Origin: Escherichia coli
GTDB taxonomy: Bacteria; Pseudomonadota; Gammaproteobacteria; Enterobacterales; Enterobacteriaceae
Length of the DNA stretch: 64,000 bases
Direction: 5' to 3' (one strand)
NCBI RefSeq assembly: GCF_024502345.1
Contig: NZ_JALDNN010000003.1
The notes beneath the pieces are model-generated. The model searched no databases and had not been told where the DNA came from. It was given only the letters and a program-made list of their open reading frames with translations. Positions 55,279 through 64,000 of the stretch are shown here, piece by piece. A program made the position numbers and the translations under genes. Within the stretch, counting starts at the first letter, position 1, and every line of letters begins with the position of its first letter.

Positions 55279-56106
55279 ATGAATAATACTGTTACAGCTT
55301 GTGTGGACGGTTCACTTTCAACGCGGTCAGTGTGTGAATATGCGGCGTGGGCAGCCCGCACTTTGCAATCACAGCTAGCACTGTTGCACGTTATCGAAAA
55401 AGACAGCACCCCGGTAGTGTCAGACCTGACCGGCACTCTCGGCATAGACAGTCAGCAATTGCTGACCGATGAGCTGGTAGAAATTGAAGGGCAACGTAAT
55501 CGCCTGCTGATGGCCCAGGGGAAAGCAATACTGGAAAGTTGTGCTGAACTGCTTCAAAAACAGGGAAGCCCGGATGTGCTTTTGATGCAAAAACACGGTA
55601 CACCGGATGAAGTTCTGGCAGAGCTGAGCGACCTTCGTCTCATGGTGCTGGGGCGTCGGGGTAGCCAGCATCCGGTAGGCTCTCATCTGGAAAGCGTTAT
55701 TCGTCTGCAAAAGAAACCCCTACTGGTTGTTCCGGAGAACTACTCAGTGCCTTCCAGAGTCATGCTGGCTTATGATGGCAGTGAAGAAAGCAGGAGTAAC
55801 CTGGAACGTCTGACGATGAGTCCCTTACTCAGGGGGCTGGAGTGCCACCTTGTCATGGTAAACGGTAAGAAGGAAGAGCTGCTGACCGCACAGCAAATTT
55901 TACGTGACGCGGATATAGAAAACAGCACAACACATCTTACCGGGCAATCAGTCGGGGACGCGCTTATTCGTTACGCCGAGGAAAATGCTGTCGATCTGAT
56001 AGTGATGGGGGCCTACGGTCATTCCAGGTTGCGGCAGTTCTTTATCGGTAGTCATACCTCCGAAATGCTGCAAAAGACGCAACAACCGCTTCTTATCCTC
56101 CGTTAG
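55279..56106 (+). CDS. Universal stress protein, tandem UspA-domain type
   Basis: Two Usp-like halves, C-terminal half ending ...DLIVMGAYGHSRLRQFFIGSHTSEMLQKTQQPLLIL. Confidence 0.75.
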   Translation: MNNTVTACVDGSLSTRSVCEYAAWAARTLQSQLALLHVIEKDSTPVVSDLTGTLGIDSQQLLTDELVEIEGQRNRLLMAQGKAILESCAELLQKQGSPDVLLMQKHGTPDEVLAELSDLRLMVLGRRGSQHPVGSHLESVIRLQKKPLLVVPENYSVPSRVMLAYDGSEESRSNLERLTMSPLLRGLECHLVMVNGKKEELLTAQQILRDADIENSTTHLTGQSVGDALIRYAEENAVDLIVMGAYGHSRLRQFFIGSHTSEMLQKTQQPLLILR

Positions 56107-56127
56107 CACTGATTATCTTAAATAAAA

Positions 56128-56149
56128 AAGGGCGAGTTCTCTCGCCCTT
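56128..56149. terminator. Rho-independent terminator between convergent usp and arsC
   Basis: GGGCGAG-ttct-CTCGCCC stem flanked by an A-tract on the plus strand (T-tract for the minus-strand ars transcript). Confidence 0.6.
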
Positions 56150-56165
56150 CGTCACAAGAACACGT

Positions 56166-56591
56166 TTAGTTCAGCCGGTTACCTTTTTCATCAACTACCT
56201 TCTCACCGTCCTCTTTCGTGAACGCGCTTTTCTGCGCATCGGGAAGAATATCCAGCACGACTTCAGAAGGGCGGCATAGCCGGGTACCCAGCGGCGTTAC
56301 CACGATAGGGCGATTGATCAGAACAGGGTGCTGCAACATAAAATCGATTAACTGCTCGTCAGTAAAGCGGTCTTCCGCCAGCCCTAACGCTTCAAAAGGT
56401 TCGACATTCTTACGCAGCAGCGCTCGTACCGTGATCCCCATATCCGCAATGAGTTTTACCAGCTCAGCTCGTGATGGTGGGGTTTCAAGATAATGAATAA
56501 CGGTCGGCTCTGTACCGCTGTTGCGGATCATTTCAAGGGTATTGCGTGACGTGCCGCAGGCCGGGTTGTGATAAATGGTAATGTTGCTCAT
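56166..56591 (-). CDS. arsC: Arsenate reductase (glutaredoxin-coupled)
   Basis: MSNITIYHNPACGTSRNTLEMIRNSGTEPTVIHYLETPP... with catalytic Cys12. Confidence 0.95.
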   Translation of the reverse strand: MSNITIYHNPACGTSRNTLEMIRNSGTEPTVIHYLETPPSRAELVKLIADMGITVRALLRKNVEPFEALGLAEDRFTDEQLIDFMLQHPVLINRPIVVTPLGTRLCRPSEVVLDILPDAQKSAFTKEDGEKVVDEKGNRLN

Positions 56592-56603
56592 ATCAGTATC
56601 TCA

Positions 56604-57893
56604 TTACAAAGTGAAAGACAGACGAAGCGCCAGTGCTGCAAGCGTGACAAACAGCACGGGGATTGTCATGACAATGCCCACCCGGAAGTAATATCCCCAG
56701 GTAATTTTGATATTTTTCTGCGACAGAACGTGCAGCCACAGTAACGTTGCCAGACTGCCGATAGGGGTAATTTTTGGCCCCAGGTCGCTGCCGATGACGT
56801 TGGCGTAAATCATCGCTTCTTTGATAACACCGGTCGCAGTGCTGCCATCAATCGACAGCGCCCCGACCAGCACGGTCGGCATATTGTTCATCACTGATGA
56901 CAGGAAGGCCGTCAGGAAGCCCGTACCCAGCGTTGCCGCCCACAATCCCTGCTCTGCCAGCTGATTCAGCAAGGAAGAGAGATAGTGGGTCAGACCGGCA
57001 TTTCGTAAGCCGTAGACCACCAGGTACATCCCCAGCGAGAAGATAACGATTTGCCAGGGCGCACCACGCAGCACCTTACCGGTGTTAATGGCATGCCCTT
57101 TTTTCGCAACAGCAAACAGAAGCAATGCACCAGCGGCTGCGACCAAACTGACCGGTACGCCCAGCGGCTCCAGTCCGAAGAATCCCACCAGAAGCAACAC
57201 CAGAACCAGCCAGCCGGTTTTAAAGGTATTCACATCACGTATAGCGTCTTTCGGTTCTTTCAACAGAGAAACGTCGTAAACGGCGGGAATGTCCTTACGG
57301 AAAAACAGATGCAGCATCACCAGCGTAGCCGCAATCGCGGCCAGGTTAACCGGGACCATCACGGCGGCATATTCTGAGAAACCAAGCTTAAAGAAATCCG
57401 CCGAGACGATATTCACCAGGTTTGAGACAATCAGTGGCAGGCTTGCCGTGTCAGCGATAAACCCTGCGGCCATGATAAACGCTAAGGTTGCCCCCCGGCT
57501 GAATCCCAGCGCCAGCAGCATCGCGATAACGATAGGTGTCAGGATCAGTGCCGCACCGTCGTTGGCAAACAGTGCCGCAACCATCGCACCAAGCAGGACG
57601 ATCCAGGTGAAGAGCAGCCGCCCCCGGCCATTCCCCCAACGGGCAACGTGCAGCGCGGCCCATTCAAAGAAGCCGGATTCGTCGAGCAGAAGACTGATGA
57701 TGATCACGGCGATAAAGGTGGCGGTCGCATTCCACACTATCTGCCAGACCACCGGAATATCCCCCAGATGAACGACGCCAGTCAGCAATGCCAGAATTGC
57801 GCCCAGTGAGGCACTCCAGCCAATCCCCAGCCCTCTGGGTTGCCAGATAACCAGGACGAGCGTGAATAAAAAGATAGCACCAGCCAGTAACAT
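56604..57893 (-). CDS. arsB: Arsenite/antimonite efflux permease
   Basis: GGAG RBS before the second ATG; 429 aa polytopic membrane protein collinear with ArsB. Confidence 0.95.
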   Translation of the reverse strand: MLLAGAIFLFTLVLVIWQPRGLGIGWSASLGAILALLTGVVHLGDIPVVWQIVWNATATFIAVIIISLLLDESGFFEWAALHVARWGNGRGRLLFTWIVLLGAMVAALFANDGAALILTPIVIAMLLALGFSRGATLAFIMAAGFIADTASLPLIVSNLVNIVSADFFKLGFSEYAAVMVPVNLAAIAATLVMLHLFFRKDIPAVYDVSLLKEPKDAIRDVNTFKTGWLVLVLLLVGFFGLEPLGVPVSLVAAAGALLLFAVAKKGHAINTGKVLRGAPWQIVIFSLGMYLVVYGLRNAGLTHYLSSLLNQLAEQGLWAATLGTGFLTAFLSSVMNNMPTVLVGALSIDGSTATGVIKEAMIYANVIGSDLGPKITPIGSLATLLWLHVLSQKNIKITWGYYFRVGIVMTIPVLFVTLAALALRLSFTL

Positions 57894-57938
57894 CAGAAAC
57901 TCCATTCACATTTGTTTATTCGGATATATATATCGCCA

Positions 57939-58259
57939 TCAGCAGGAGACAGATGCCACGCTACTGAGCTTGTTGCGTATGTTTTCTCGTTCACAGTTCC
58001 AGGCTGTATCAATAATACCCGCAGCCCATGCTGGCATGTGTGGCGACAGTCGGTAATGCACCCATTTTCCTTCGCGACGGTCGATGACCAGCTCGGCTTC
58101 ACGTAAAAGGGCCATATGGCGAGAAATTTTTGGCTGAGACTCTGCGGTTGCCGCACAGATGTCACAGACGCACATTTCACCGGACTCCCTGAGAAGCATC
58201 ACGATAGTTGAACGGGTCTCGTCGGCGAGCAGTTTAAAAAGCTGAACAGGCTGTAGCAT
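57939..58259 (-). CDS. arsR: ArsR/SmtB-family arsenite-responsive repressor
   Basis: MLQPVQLFKLLADETRSTIVMLLRESGEMCVCDICAATAESQPKISRHMALLREAELV... with the ELCVCD metalloid-binding motif. Confidence 0.9.
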   Translation of the reverse strand: MLQPVQLFKLLADETRSTIVMLLRESGEMCVCDICAATAESQPKISRHMALLREAELVIDRREGKWVHYRLSPHMPAWAAGIIDTAWNCERENIRNKLSSVASVSC

Positions 58260-58285
58260 GCTTAACCTCGTAAAAAAATAACAAT

Positions 58286-58305
58286 ACATATGGTATTTCA
58301 TATGT
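58286..58305. promoter_or_regulatory. Candidate ArsR operator in the arsR-arsH divergent region
   Basis: Imperfect palindrome ACATATGgtatttCATATGT between divergent arsR and arsH. Confidence 0.35.
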
Positions 58306-58345
58306 GATAACTTTTAAAGCATAGCTTATGAAATGGAGATTTTTT

Positions 58346-59050
58346 ATGACCGACTTACCAGCAATCGAACCGGCTTATTTTGATGATGCGCTTGCCAGCA
58401 AACTTACGGGCAACAACGAAACCATGCCGCGAATTCTCATCCTGTACGGTTCAGTACGAGAGCGGTCCTACAGTCGTTTTGCAGCGGAAGAGGCCGGGCG
58501 GTTGCTGGCAAAGATGGGGGCTGAGGTGAAAATATTTAACCCATCCGGTCTGCCGTTACCCGATGATGCGCCCGAAAGTCACCCCAAAGTGCTTGAACTC
58601 CGCGAGCTGGTCAGGTGGTGTGACGGAATGGTCTGGAGTTCTCCGGAAAGACATGGCGCCATGAGCTCGGTGATGAAGGCCCAGATTGACTGGATACCCC
58701 TGAGTGAAGGTGCTGTTCGTCCTTCCCAGGGTAAAACGCTGGCCGTCATGCAGGTTTGTGGTGGTTCACAGTCGTTTAACACGGTCAATCAGATGCGGAT
58801 ACTTGGCCGCTGGATGCGGATGTTCACCATCCCCAATCAGTCGTCAGTGCCAAAGGCATGGCAGGAATTTGATGATGAAGGGCGCATGAAACCCTCACCC
58901 TGGTATGACAGGATTGTCGACGTTACCGAAGAGTTGTTCAAAATGACGTTACTCCTGAAAGGGCACACAGCCTACCTGTCCGACCGCTACAGCGAAAGGA
59001 AAGAGAGTCATCAGGAGCTCGCGGCACGGGTCAATCAGGCCAAAATCTGA
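58346..59050 (+). CDS. arsH: ArsH, NADPH-dependent FMN reductase
   Basis: GGAG RBS; ...[27 protein letters not shown]... flavodoxin-like fold. Confidence 0.85.
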   Translation: MTDLPAIEPAYFDDALASKLTGNNETMPRILILYGSVRERSYSRFAAEEAGRLLAKMGAEVKIFNPSGLPLPDDAPESHPKVLELRELVRWCDGMVWSSPERHGAMSSVMKAQIDWIPLSEGAVRPSQGKTLAVMQVCGGSQSFNTVNQMRILGRWMRMFTIPNQSSVPKAWQEFDDEGRMKPSPWYDRIVDVTEELFKMTLLLKGHTAYLSDRYSERKESHQELAARVNQAKI

Positions 59051-59082
59051 CAGCCAGGCATGCCCGGATGGATTACCGGGCT

Positions 59083-60486
59083 TTAAATCGGTTTCTTCCC
59101 AAATATCTCTTCAGAGCGTGACTGAAGTTTCACCAGGGCATTGAACATATCGTCCTGATCCAGGGAACGCTGGGATTTCTTCGTCGTGGGAGCTTTACGC
59201 CTGCGAGAAGGGCCGTCTCCGGATGGTACGGATTGCGACCGGTTATTATCCCGCTCGGCCTGGACCAGCTGCGCCATTTCCAGGGCCCGCCCCAGACGTT
59301 TGTTATCCACAATGGCCCCCTGATCGATTTCAGAAAGCTTGTCATAGGTGGAGTAGGGAAGTGATACGCCATTAAGCCGGAGCTCTTTATGTCCATCCGG
59401 GTAATGCCAGACATCGATGTATTTACCAATCGCCCGACGACTGAATTCGCTGTCTTCAATCAGATAAAGGACTTTGTCGTATTGCACTGTGAGTGATTTC
59501 GACACTTTACGAGCTTCACGCCAGTTAAATACCATATCAAGATCGTCATCGACATCCAGTTCCCGATGAACATCAAACTCCTGGCGAGGCGCTTTTGCGA
59601 AACGACGGTTGTAATCGTTCATGAACTCTTCGGCAAATGCGTTCGCAGCTTCCATGGAACTGATGCCCTGGAGCCTGAGCTCCTTGACCAGTCGGTCCTG
59701 AAGCGTCAGGTGCGCCCGTTCAACGCGGCCTTTGGCAGCACTGGTTTCTGCACAAATGGTCTGAATGTTCAGTTCATGCATCGCACGGCCAAACTGGGTA
59801 TCGCCGTCGCCGCCGGTTGCATTTTTATTGTTGATCCTGAATACGCTGGCTTTGTCGCTGTACAGCGCAAGCGGTTTGCCATGTTTTTCAATATAGCCCC
59901 GGGTCGCTTCAAAATAGGTGAAAGTAGACTCAGATTTCACGAAAAGAAGCTGCATTAAACGACTGGTTGCGTCATCAACGTAAACCAGTGCCGTACACTT
60001 AGGTCCCCGATTTTCAAACCAGTGGTGGTCGCAGCCGTCGATTTGTATGAGTTCACCGGCACAGGCACGGCGGTAACGAGGTTGCTGAATTTTTGGCGCA
60101 CGTTGCTTACGTGGGACCCACAGACTGGCCTGAGTCATCAGCTTACGGACGGTTTCTTTGGAAAGATGAACACCGTGCACCTCAGACAGTTTTTCACAGG
60201 CCAGCGTCGGACCGAAATCGTTATAGCGTTCGCGAATAATGTTCAGCGCGTATGCGGCCAGTCCCTGAGGCAACTGGTTGTTACTGGATTTACCACGACG
60301 GCGGCTGGTCATGCCAATCGGACCATCTTCACGATAACGCGCAAGCAGACGACGGCACTGACGGTCGGAGATACCAAGCCGCTGAGCTGCCATTTGTGTT
60401 GTCAGACGCCGGTCGATGACATCCTGAATGATTTTGAGTCGGTTAACTTCATCCAATGTGAAAAACTCCGCTGCGAGAGCCGTCAT
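59083..60486 (-). CDS. DDE transposase with N-terminal HTH and integrase-core domain (IS481/ISNCY-like)
   Basis: 467 aa; HTH (MAAQRLGISDRQCRRLLARYRE); integrase-core residues (...LIQIDGCDHHWF...ALYSDKASVF...TSAAKGRVERAH...); AAGGA RBS. Confidence 0.7.
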   Translation of the reverse strand: MTALAAEFFTLDEVNRLKIIQDVIDRRLTTQMAAQRLGISDRQCRRLLARYREDGPIGMTSRRRGKSSNNQLPQGLAAYALNIIRERYNDFGPTLACEKLSEVHGVHLSKETVRKLMTQASLWVPRKQRAPKIQQPRYRRACAGELIQIDGCDHHWFENRGPKCTALVYVDDATSRLMQLLFVKSESTFTYFEATRGYIEKHGKPLALYSDKASVFRINNKNATGGDGDTQFGRAMHELNIQTICAETSAAKGRVERAHLTLQDRLVKELRLQGISSMEAANAFAEEFMNDYNRRFAKAPRQEFDVHRELDVDDDLDMVFNWREARKVSKSLTVQYDKVLYLIEDSEFSRRAIGKYIDVWHYPDGHKELRLNGVSLPYSTYDKLSEIDQGAIVDNKRLGRALEMAQLVQAERDNNRSQSVPSGDGPSRRRKAPTTKKSQRSLDQDDMFNALVKLQSRSEEIFGKKPI

Positions 60487-60507
60487 GGTAATCCTTACTT
60501 GATTATA

Positions 60508-60530
60508 CACGCCGGACATCTTAACTTAGC
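60508..60530 (-). repeat. Right copy of the 23-bp imperfect inverted repeat, 21 bp upstream of the transposase start
   Basis: CACGCCGGACATCTTAACTTAGC is the reverse complement of the 53381-53403 repeat (20/23); additional GGACAT motif at 60538-60543. Confidence 0.45.
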
Positions 60531-60780
60531 CATTATCGGACATTACAACTTTGCTACTACAGACTTTGTCAAAGCAAGTTTAAAATGTCACCTCTTTGTG
60601 CAAGATAGAAAGGGCACTTTCAGCCTATGTAATCATATTAATGTGACTGCTGCGTTATCCCACTCAACCAATTAATAAAGCAAAAGTTAAATATGAAAGA
60701 CTGGAATAAAAATATAACGAAAACATCTTAATATGGAAATATCTGTGTCAACGGGATCTTTAGTTATTGAATATCTGGTT

Positions 60781-61587
60781 CTAAATAGGTTCTACATTCA
60801 ACGGGAAGGGAAACCAAATATCTATATGTTTTTTATAAATACCATTACGTGGCAAACAACAATCTGCATATTTTTTTAAAGAATCTCCACATGGACAAAT
60901 ATTTTCTGGCGATAATACTCCATCATGTTCTTTCGCCTTAAATCTCCAGGTCGTAATATTGAAAATTTGATGTGGGGATTGTATGTATTTGACAACACTA
61001 ATTAAAGTTGAATAGTTATAATGATCACCATCATTGGAGAAAAAAACACTACATTTGTTAACGGGATTACTAACTATGTCATAAGTAATTAATTCAAAAT
61101 CGATCACTTCATCAAAGCAAAGAACTCCATTATAAAGTTTATTTTTAACATGACCACAATCATTAATAAAACTACGGGTTGTATTACATACTGAACATTT
61201 CACTTCTTTTATTATTTCACGAGAACTACCGAAGATTTTATATGGGAATAACGCCTGCCAATTACATACCATTCTCGCTAAGAAGTTAACACCATAGAAA
61301 TTAACCTCAGGCAGAAACTCATTATTTTCTTTAATATGTATTAAATCTATTTCTATCCTTTCAAGTTCTACCCATGCTTCATAAAAATCACCTCTTGTAA
61401 GTAAATTAATGACTTGAATATATTTTAAATGGGCTAGTAAAATTGTTTTGTATAAAAACAATCTGTTTGATTCATTATTCAAGCTCAAGGATTGAGCTTT
61501 TTTTAACTCAGCATTAAGATAATCAAGAATAGCACTATCTTCTTGAGTAATACACATCCAACGCTTTAACTTTTCGTGAATATTCAT
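60781..61587 (-). CDS. hypothetical protein with C-terminal SEC-C-like metal-binding motif
   Basis: 268 aa, about 30% GC; C-terminus CPCGDSLKKYADCC and an internal CSVCNTTRSFINDCGH cluster. Confidence 0.55.
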   Translation of the reverse strand: MNIHEKLKRWMCITQEDSAILDYLNAELKKAQSLSLNNESNRLFLYKTILLAHLKYIQVINLLTRGDFYEAWVELERIEIDLIHIKENNEFLPEVNFYGVNFLARMVCNWQALFPYKIFGSSREIIKEVKCSVCNTTRSFINDCGHVKNKLYNGVLCFDEVIDFELITYDIVSNPVNKCSVFFSNDGDHYNYSTLISVVKYIQSPHQIFNITTWRFKAKEHDGVLSPENICPCGDSLKKYADCCLPRNGIYKKHIDIWFPFPLNVEPI

Positions 61588-61604
61588 AATATCTATATAG
61601 ATTT

Positions 61605-62051
61605 TTATTTGATTTTGTTAATTACTTTTAAAACATCGTCTACTTTTCCAGAAACAGTGTATTTCACATGTTTTCCTGATTTATTTTTTTTAATTATAGA
61701 GACTTTAACGTCTATATCTCTAGTTCCAAAGTTATCAATTTTTTTCTGAATATAATTTGAAACAAGATTTACTAAAAAAGGTATCATTACTGATGTGGCA
61801 AAGAAAGTGCCTAACGCTAACGTTATACTGTTTAATTGCAGGTACGAAACACCATTAGAATCTCCGTACACTTTAACATTAGAATGTGATTGCTTGGTGA
61901 ACTGGAAAAAATCCAGTGCATTACCTCCAGTAATTTTTGAACTATCAAAAACGATCGCAATCTCATCATCTTGAGGTTCATATGAAGAAATGATTTTTAC
62001 CTCTTCATCTTCATCACTCATTTCACTCAAAGTAATGGGGTTCATTCTCAA
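61605..62051 (-). CDS. hypothetical small protein with one predicted transmembrane helix
   Basis: 148 aa; acidic N-terminus, hydrophobic segment ITLALGTFFATSVMIPFLVNLV, basic C-terminus. Confidence 0.5.
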   Translation of the reverse strand: MRMNPITLSEMSDEDEEVKIISSYEPQDDEIAIVFDSSKITGGNALDFFQFTKQSHSNVKVYGDSNGVSYLQLNSITLALGTFFATSVMIPFLVNLVSNYIQKKIDNFGTRDIDVKVSIIKKNKSGKHVKYTVSGKVDDVLKVINKIK

Positions 62052-62197
62052 CTCCTTGTTTTATATTTTTACATTCAAATTTTACTATACGACTGGTTAA
62101 TTGCTCCTGTCCAACACACACCAGAGTTCATATGCTTAGCATACAAGGGACCAATGCCAGTAGCGACAGGCTAGTGTGTCAAAAAACCACATGAAGA

Positions 62198-63559
62198 TCA
62201 ATCTCCTGCGGAAAATTTGGCCGCAATTAGTTTCATTGTCCTTTCCATGCCTTGATAAACTGTCGCATCTGTAATGTTTAACCTTGCGAGTTCCTTAAGT
62301 ATTCTAGCTTTGTTTCTGATCACTATTTTTTCTACTTTAAACTCTTGCATAGCATCATCAGGGTTTGAAACTAAATCGGGATAAACAGCATTATTCCCAA
62401 ATAATAAGAATGCACCTGACTGTGATGACATCCTTTCATTATTATTTCTTCCTTTAACGAAAATTAACCTTTCCAAATCTGATGGTATAATTACATCTTT
62501 AAAATAAGGTTTTTCATCTTTAATGTAATGTATGAGTTTTTGACAAGCTTCAGTTTTATTGAAAGCCTCCTTGTCCATTTTACAATCCAGCTGATCTTTC
62601 AGTGTTTGACTTAGCATTGATATATTTGATATGCAACTTACTGTATCAGAGTCAAAGAATTTTATACGATCCCTTTTTGTTTTGAAAATAATAACATGTC
62701 CATCAACCTCATTTGTATTTTCATTATTACTAATGTCGCAACAAGCGAAATACAGAGCGATTAGTGGATTTGATGTTATATCCAACAAACGAGTTGGTAG
62801 TCCGTAGTGTTGCATCCTTACTAACTTGTCTAGCATTGTTTTATCATCAACAAACTCAGTTGGCCTTGCTGTTAGGGCTTCACGGACTAAATTTGATTCA
62901 CTGTGCAAATGCTTGAAGTTACCTTTTTTGTTTTTCCTGAAAACTGATGGAGCCAACTCGTAAGATACATCAGAATGTCCACGATAAAATATTTCTGCAT
63001 CTTCTTCATGATCTTGTTCTAAAACACGCGCCATGAAACTTTGAACATTATCTATTATTGGGTAGTTATCAACTTCATCAGGAAGTGCTTCAGTAGGAGG
63101 AAGTGGTGTACTTCTTGTCGTTATATTTAGAAGTGCTAATGTTTGATTTAAATCACGTGCTTTTATTCCCCAGTGAGTCCGTTTCAGCCCATATGCACCT
63201 AATTCTAAAGCTGTTTGATATAACTCTTTGTTTATCACTACGACATCATCTTGTGAGTGAGTGATTCTGAAATCAAACTCAACATTTTTGTTAACTGTTC
63301 GTAGATTTGAAATTACACCAAGTCGCAAAGTAATGTATTCAACATTGTCTCGGGAATAAAGTTCTGACATAAAAAGCGTAGGTAATTTCTCAATATAAGA
63401 TAATGCTTTATCATTCAAAGGCGTTAACTTCAACCGGATGTCATCAGAGGTGCCTTCTAACATACGTGATATAGGAAAATCACAACTCCCACTAACCCGT
63501 TCATACATGGGCCAATGTTCAAAATAGTCAGGTTCTCCGCCCATAATTAGATTAAACAT
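62198..63559 (-). CDS. FRG-domain protein (453 aa)
   Basis: FRG signature IFYRGHSDVSYELAPSVFR followed by HYGLPTRLLDITSNPLIALYFAC; flanking N- and C-terminal regions unrecognised; AAGGA RBS. Confidence 0.65.
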   Translation of the reverse strand: MFNLIMGGEPDYFEHWPMYERVSGSCDFPISRMLEGTSDDIRLKLTPLNDKALSYIEKLPTLFMSELYSRDNVEYITLRLGVISNLRTVNKNVEFDFRITHSQDDVVVINKELYQTALELGAYGLKRTHWGIKARDLNQTLALLNITTRSTPLPPTEALPDEVDNYPIIDNVQSFMARVLEQDHEEDAEIFYRGHSDVSYELAPSVFRKNKKGNFKHLHSESNLVREALTARPTEFVDDKTMLDKLVRMQHYGLPTRLLDITSNPLIALYFACCDISNNENTNEVDGHVIIFKTKRDRIKFFDSDTVSCISNISMLSQTLKDQLDCKMDKEAFNKTEACQKLIHYIKDEKPYFKDVIIPSDLERLIFVKGRNNNERMSSQSGAFLLFGNNAVYPDLVSNPDDAMQEFKVEKIVIRNKARILKELARLNITDATVYQGMERTMKLIAAKFSAGD

Positions 63560-63572
63560 TAAAACTAAATCC

Positions 63573-64000
63573 TTATATTTTACTTAATGAATTATTTACA
63601 ATCCAATCAATTGCGCCAGAGGTGCGAATCCAAGGCTTTATATTATGATTCACATAATAAATGGCTTCATCCATTCCACCTAACGTGATATATCCACTGT
63701 TAGACTTGATCTGTAATCTGCACTTCGATAACAAGCCGGGGATGTGTCTATTAGAATCAATCGCAGCTTTAGCGATATCATCGGCATCCGGGGATGACTG
63801 TCGGTAGGCGAGTAGGGCGCGTGTATACTGAAAAAACGAACGCATATCCCCAGGATAATCGTCCAGTAGCAAGGCCAGATCATCCACCATTTCAAGCTCA
63901 AGGTAATAGTTCGCTAATAAATGACGAATCCCCTGGTTATCGTTCGGGTTGAGCTTCAGCATTTCGCGGCTATGAGCCATAGCCGGATAAAAATTACCAG
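63573..64000 (-). CDS. hypothetical protein, probably 5'-incomplete at the window edge
   Basis: Frame open from the window end; first ATG at 63980 lacks a convincing RBS; stop 13 bp before the FRG gene start. Confidence 0.4.
   Translation of the reverse strand, partial: GNFYPAMAHSREMLKLNPNDNQGIRHLLANYYLELEMVDDLALLLDDYPGDMRSFFQYTRALLAYRQSSPDADDIAKAAIDSNRHIPGLLSKCRLQIKSNSGYITLGGMDEAIYYVNHNIKPWIRTSGAIDWIVNNSLSKI

Overview
This 64-kb window is a mosaic accessory region, most plausibly plasmid or genomic-island DNA from an Enterobacteriaceae host. All calls come from reading the sequence and the supplied ORF translations; no searches were run. (1) 1-3400: two unrecognised ORFs plus IS debris (IstB-like fragment, internally deleted IS66-family remnant). 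(2) 3400-15568: a GC-rich protein-quality-control locus of the tLST/LHR type (HTH regulator, sHsp20, ClpK/ClpG, cardiolipin synthase, FtsH, sHsp, two YfdX, HdeD, a hypothetical, MscS-like channel), cut off by IS26. (3) Three direct-orientation IS26 copies (15569-16388, 21743-22562, 39045-42366), none with flanking 8-bp duplications; the third carries an IS66-family element with an 8-bp target duplication. (4) Between IS26 copies 1 and 2: phage tail-fibre-assembly fragment, DNA invertase, a GC-rich GST/glyoxalase II pair, an IS91-like fragment, and a Mu-like left end (c, ner, 5' A). (5) Between IS26 copies 2 and 3: a chromosome-like segment (truncated molybdo-oxidoreductase, uspG, rnk, rna, citTGXFEDC, citAB, truncated dcuC). 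(6) 42367-44867: 5'-truncated Tn3-family tnpA with its 38-bp terminal repeat. (7) 44868-53380: uncharacterised genes including a Dcm-like C5-methyltransferase operon and a secreted nuclease. (8) 53381-60530: sulP, usp, arsRBC, arsH and a DDE transposase inside an inverted-repeat-bounded unit. (9) 60781-64000: an AT-rich four-gene operon with an FRG-domain protein. The best candidates for an undescribed system are the FRG operon and the Dcm-linked operon. No rRNA, tRNA or CRISPR array was recognised.
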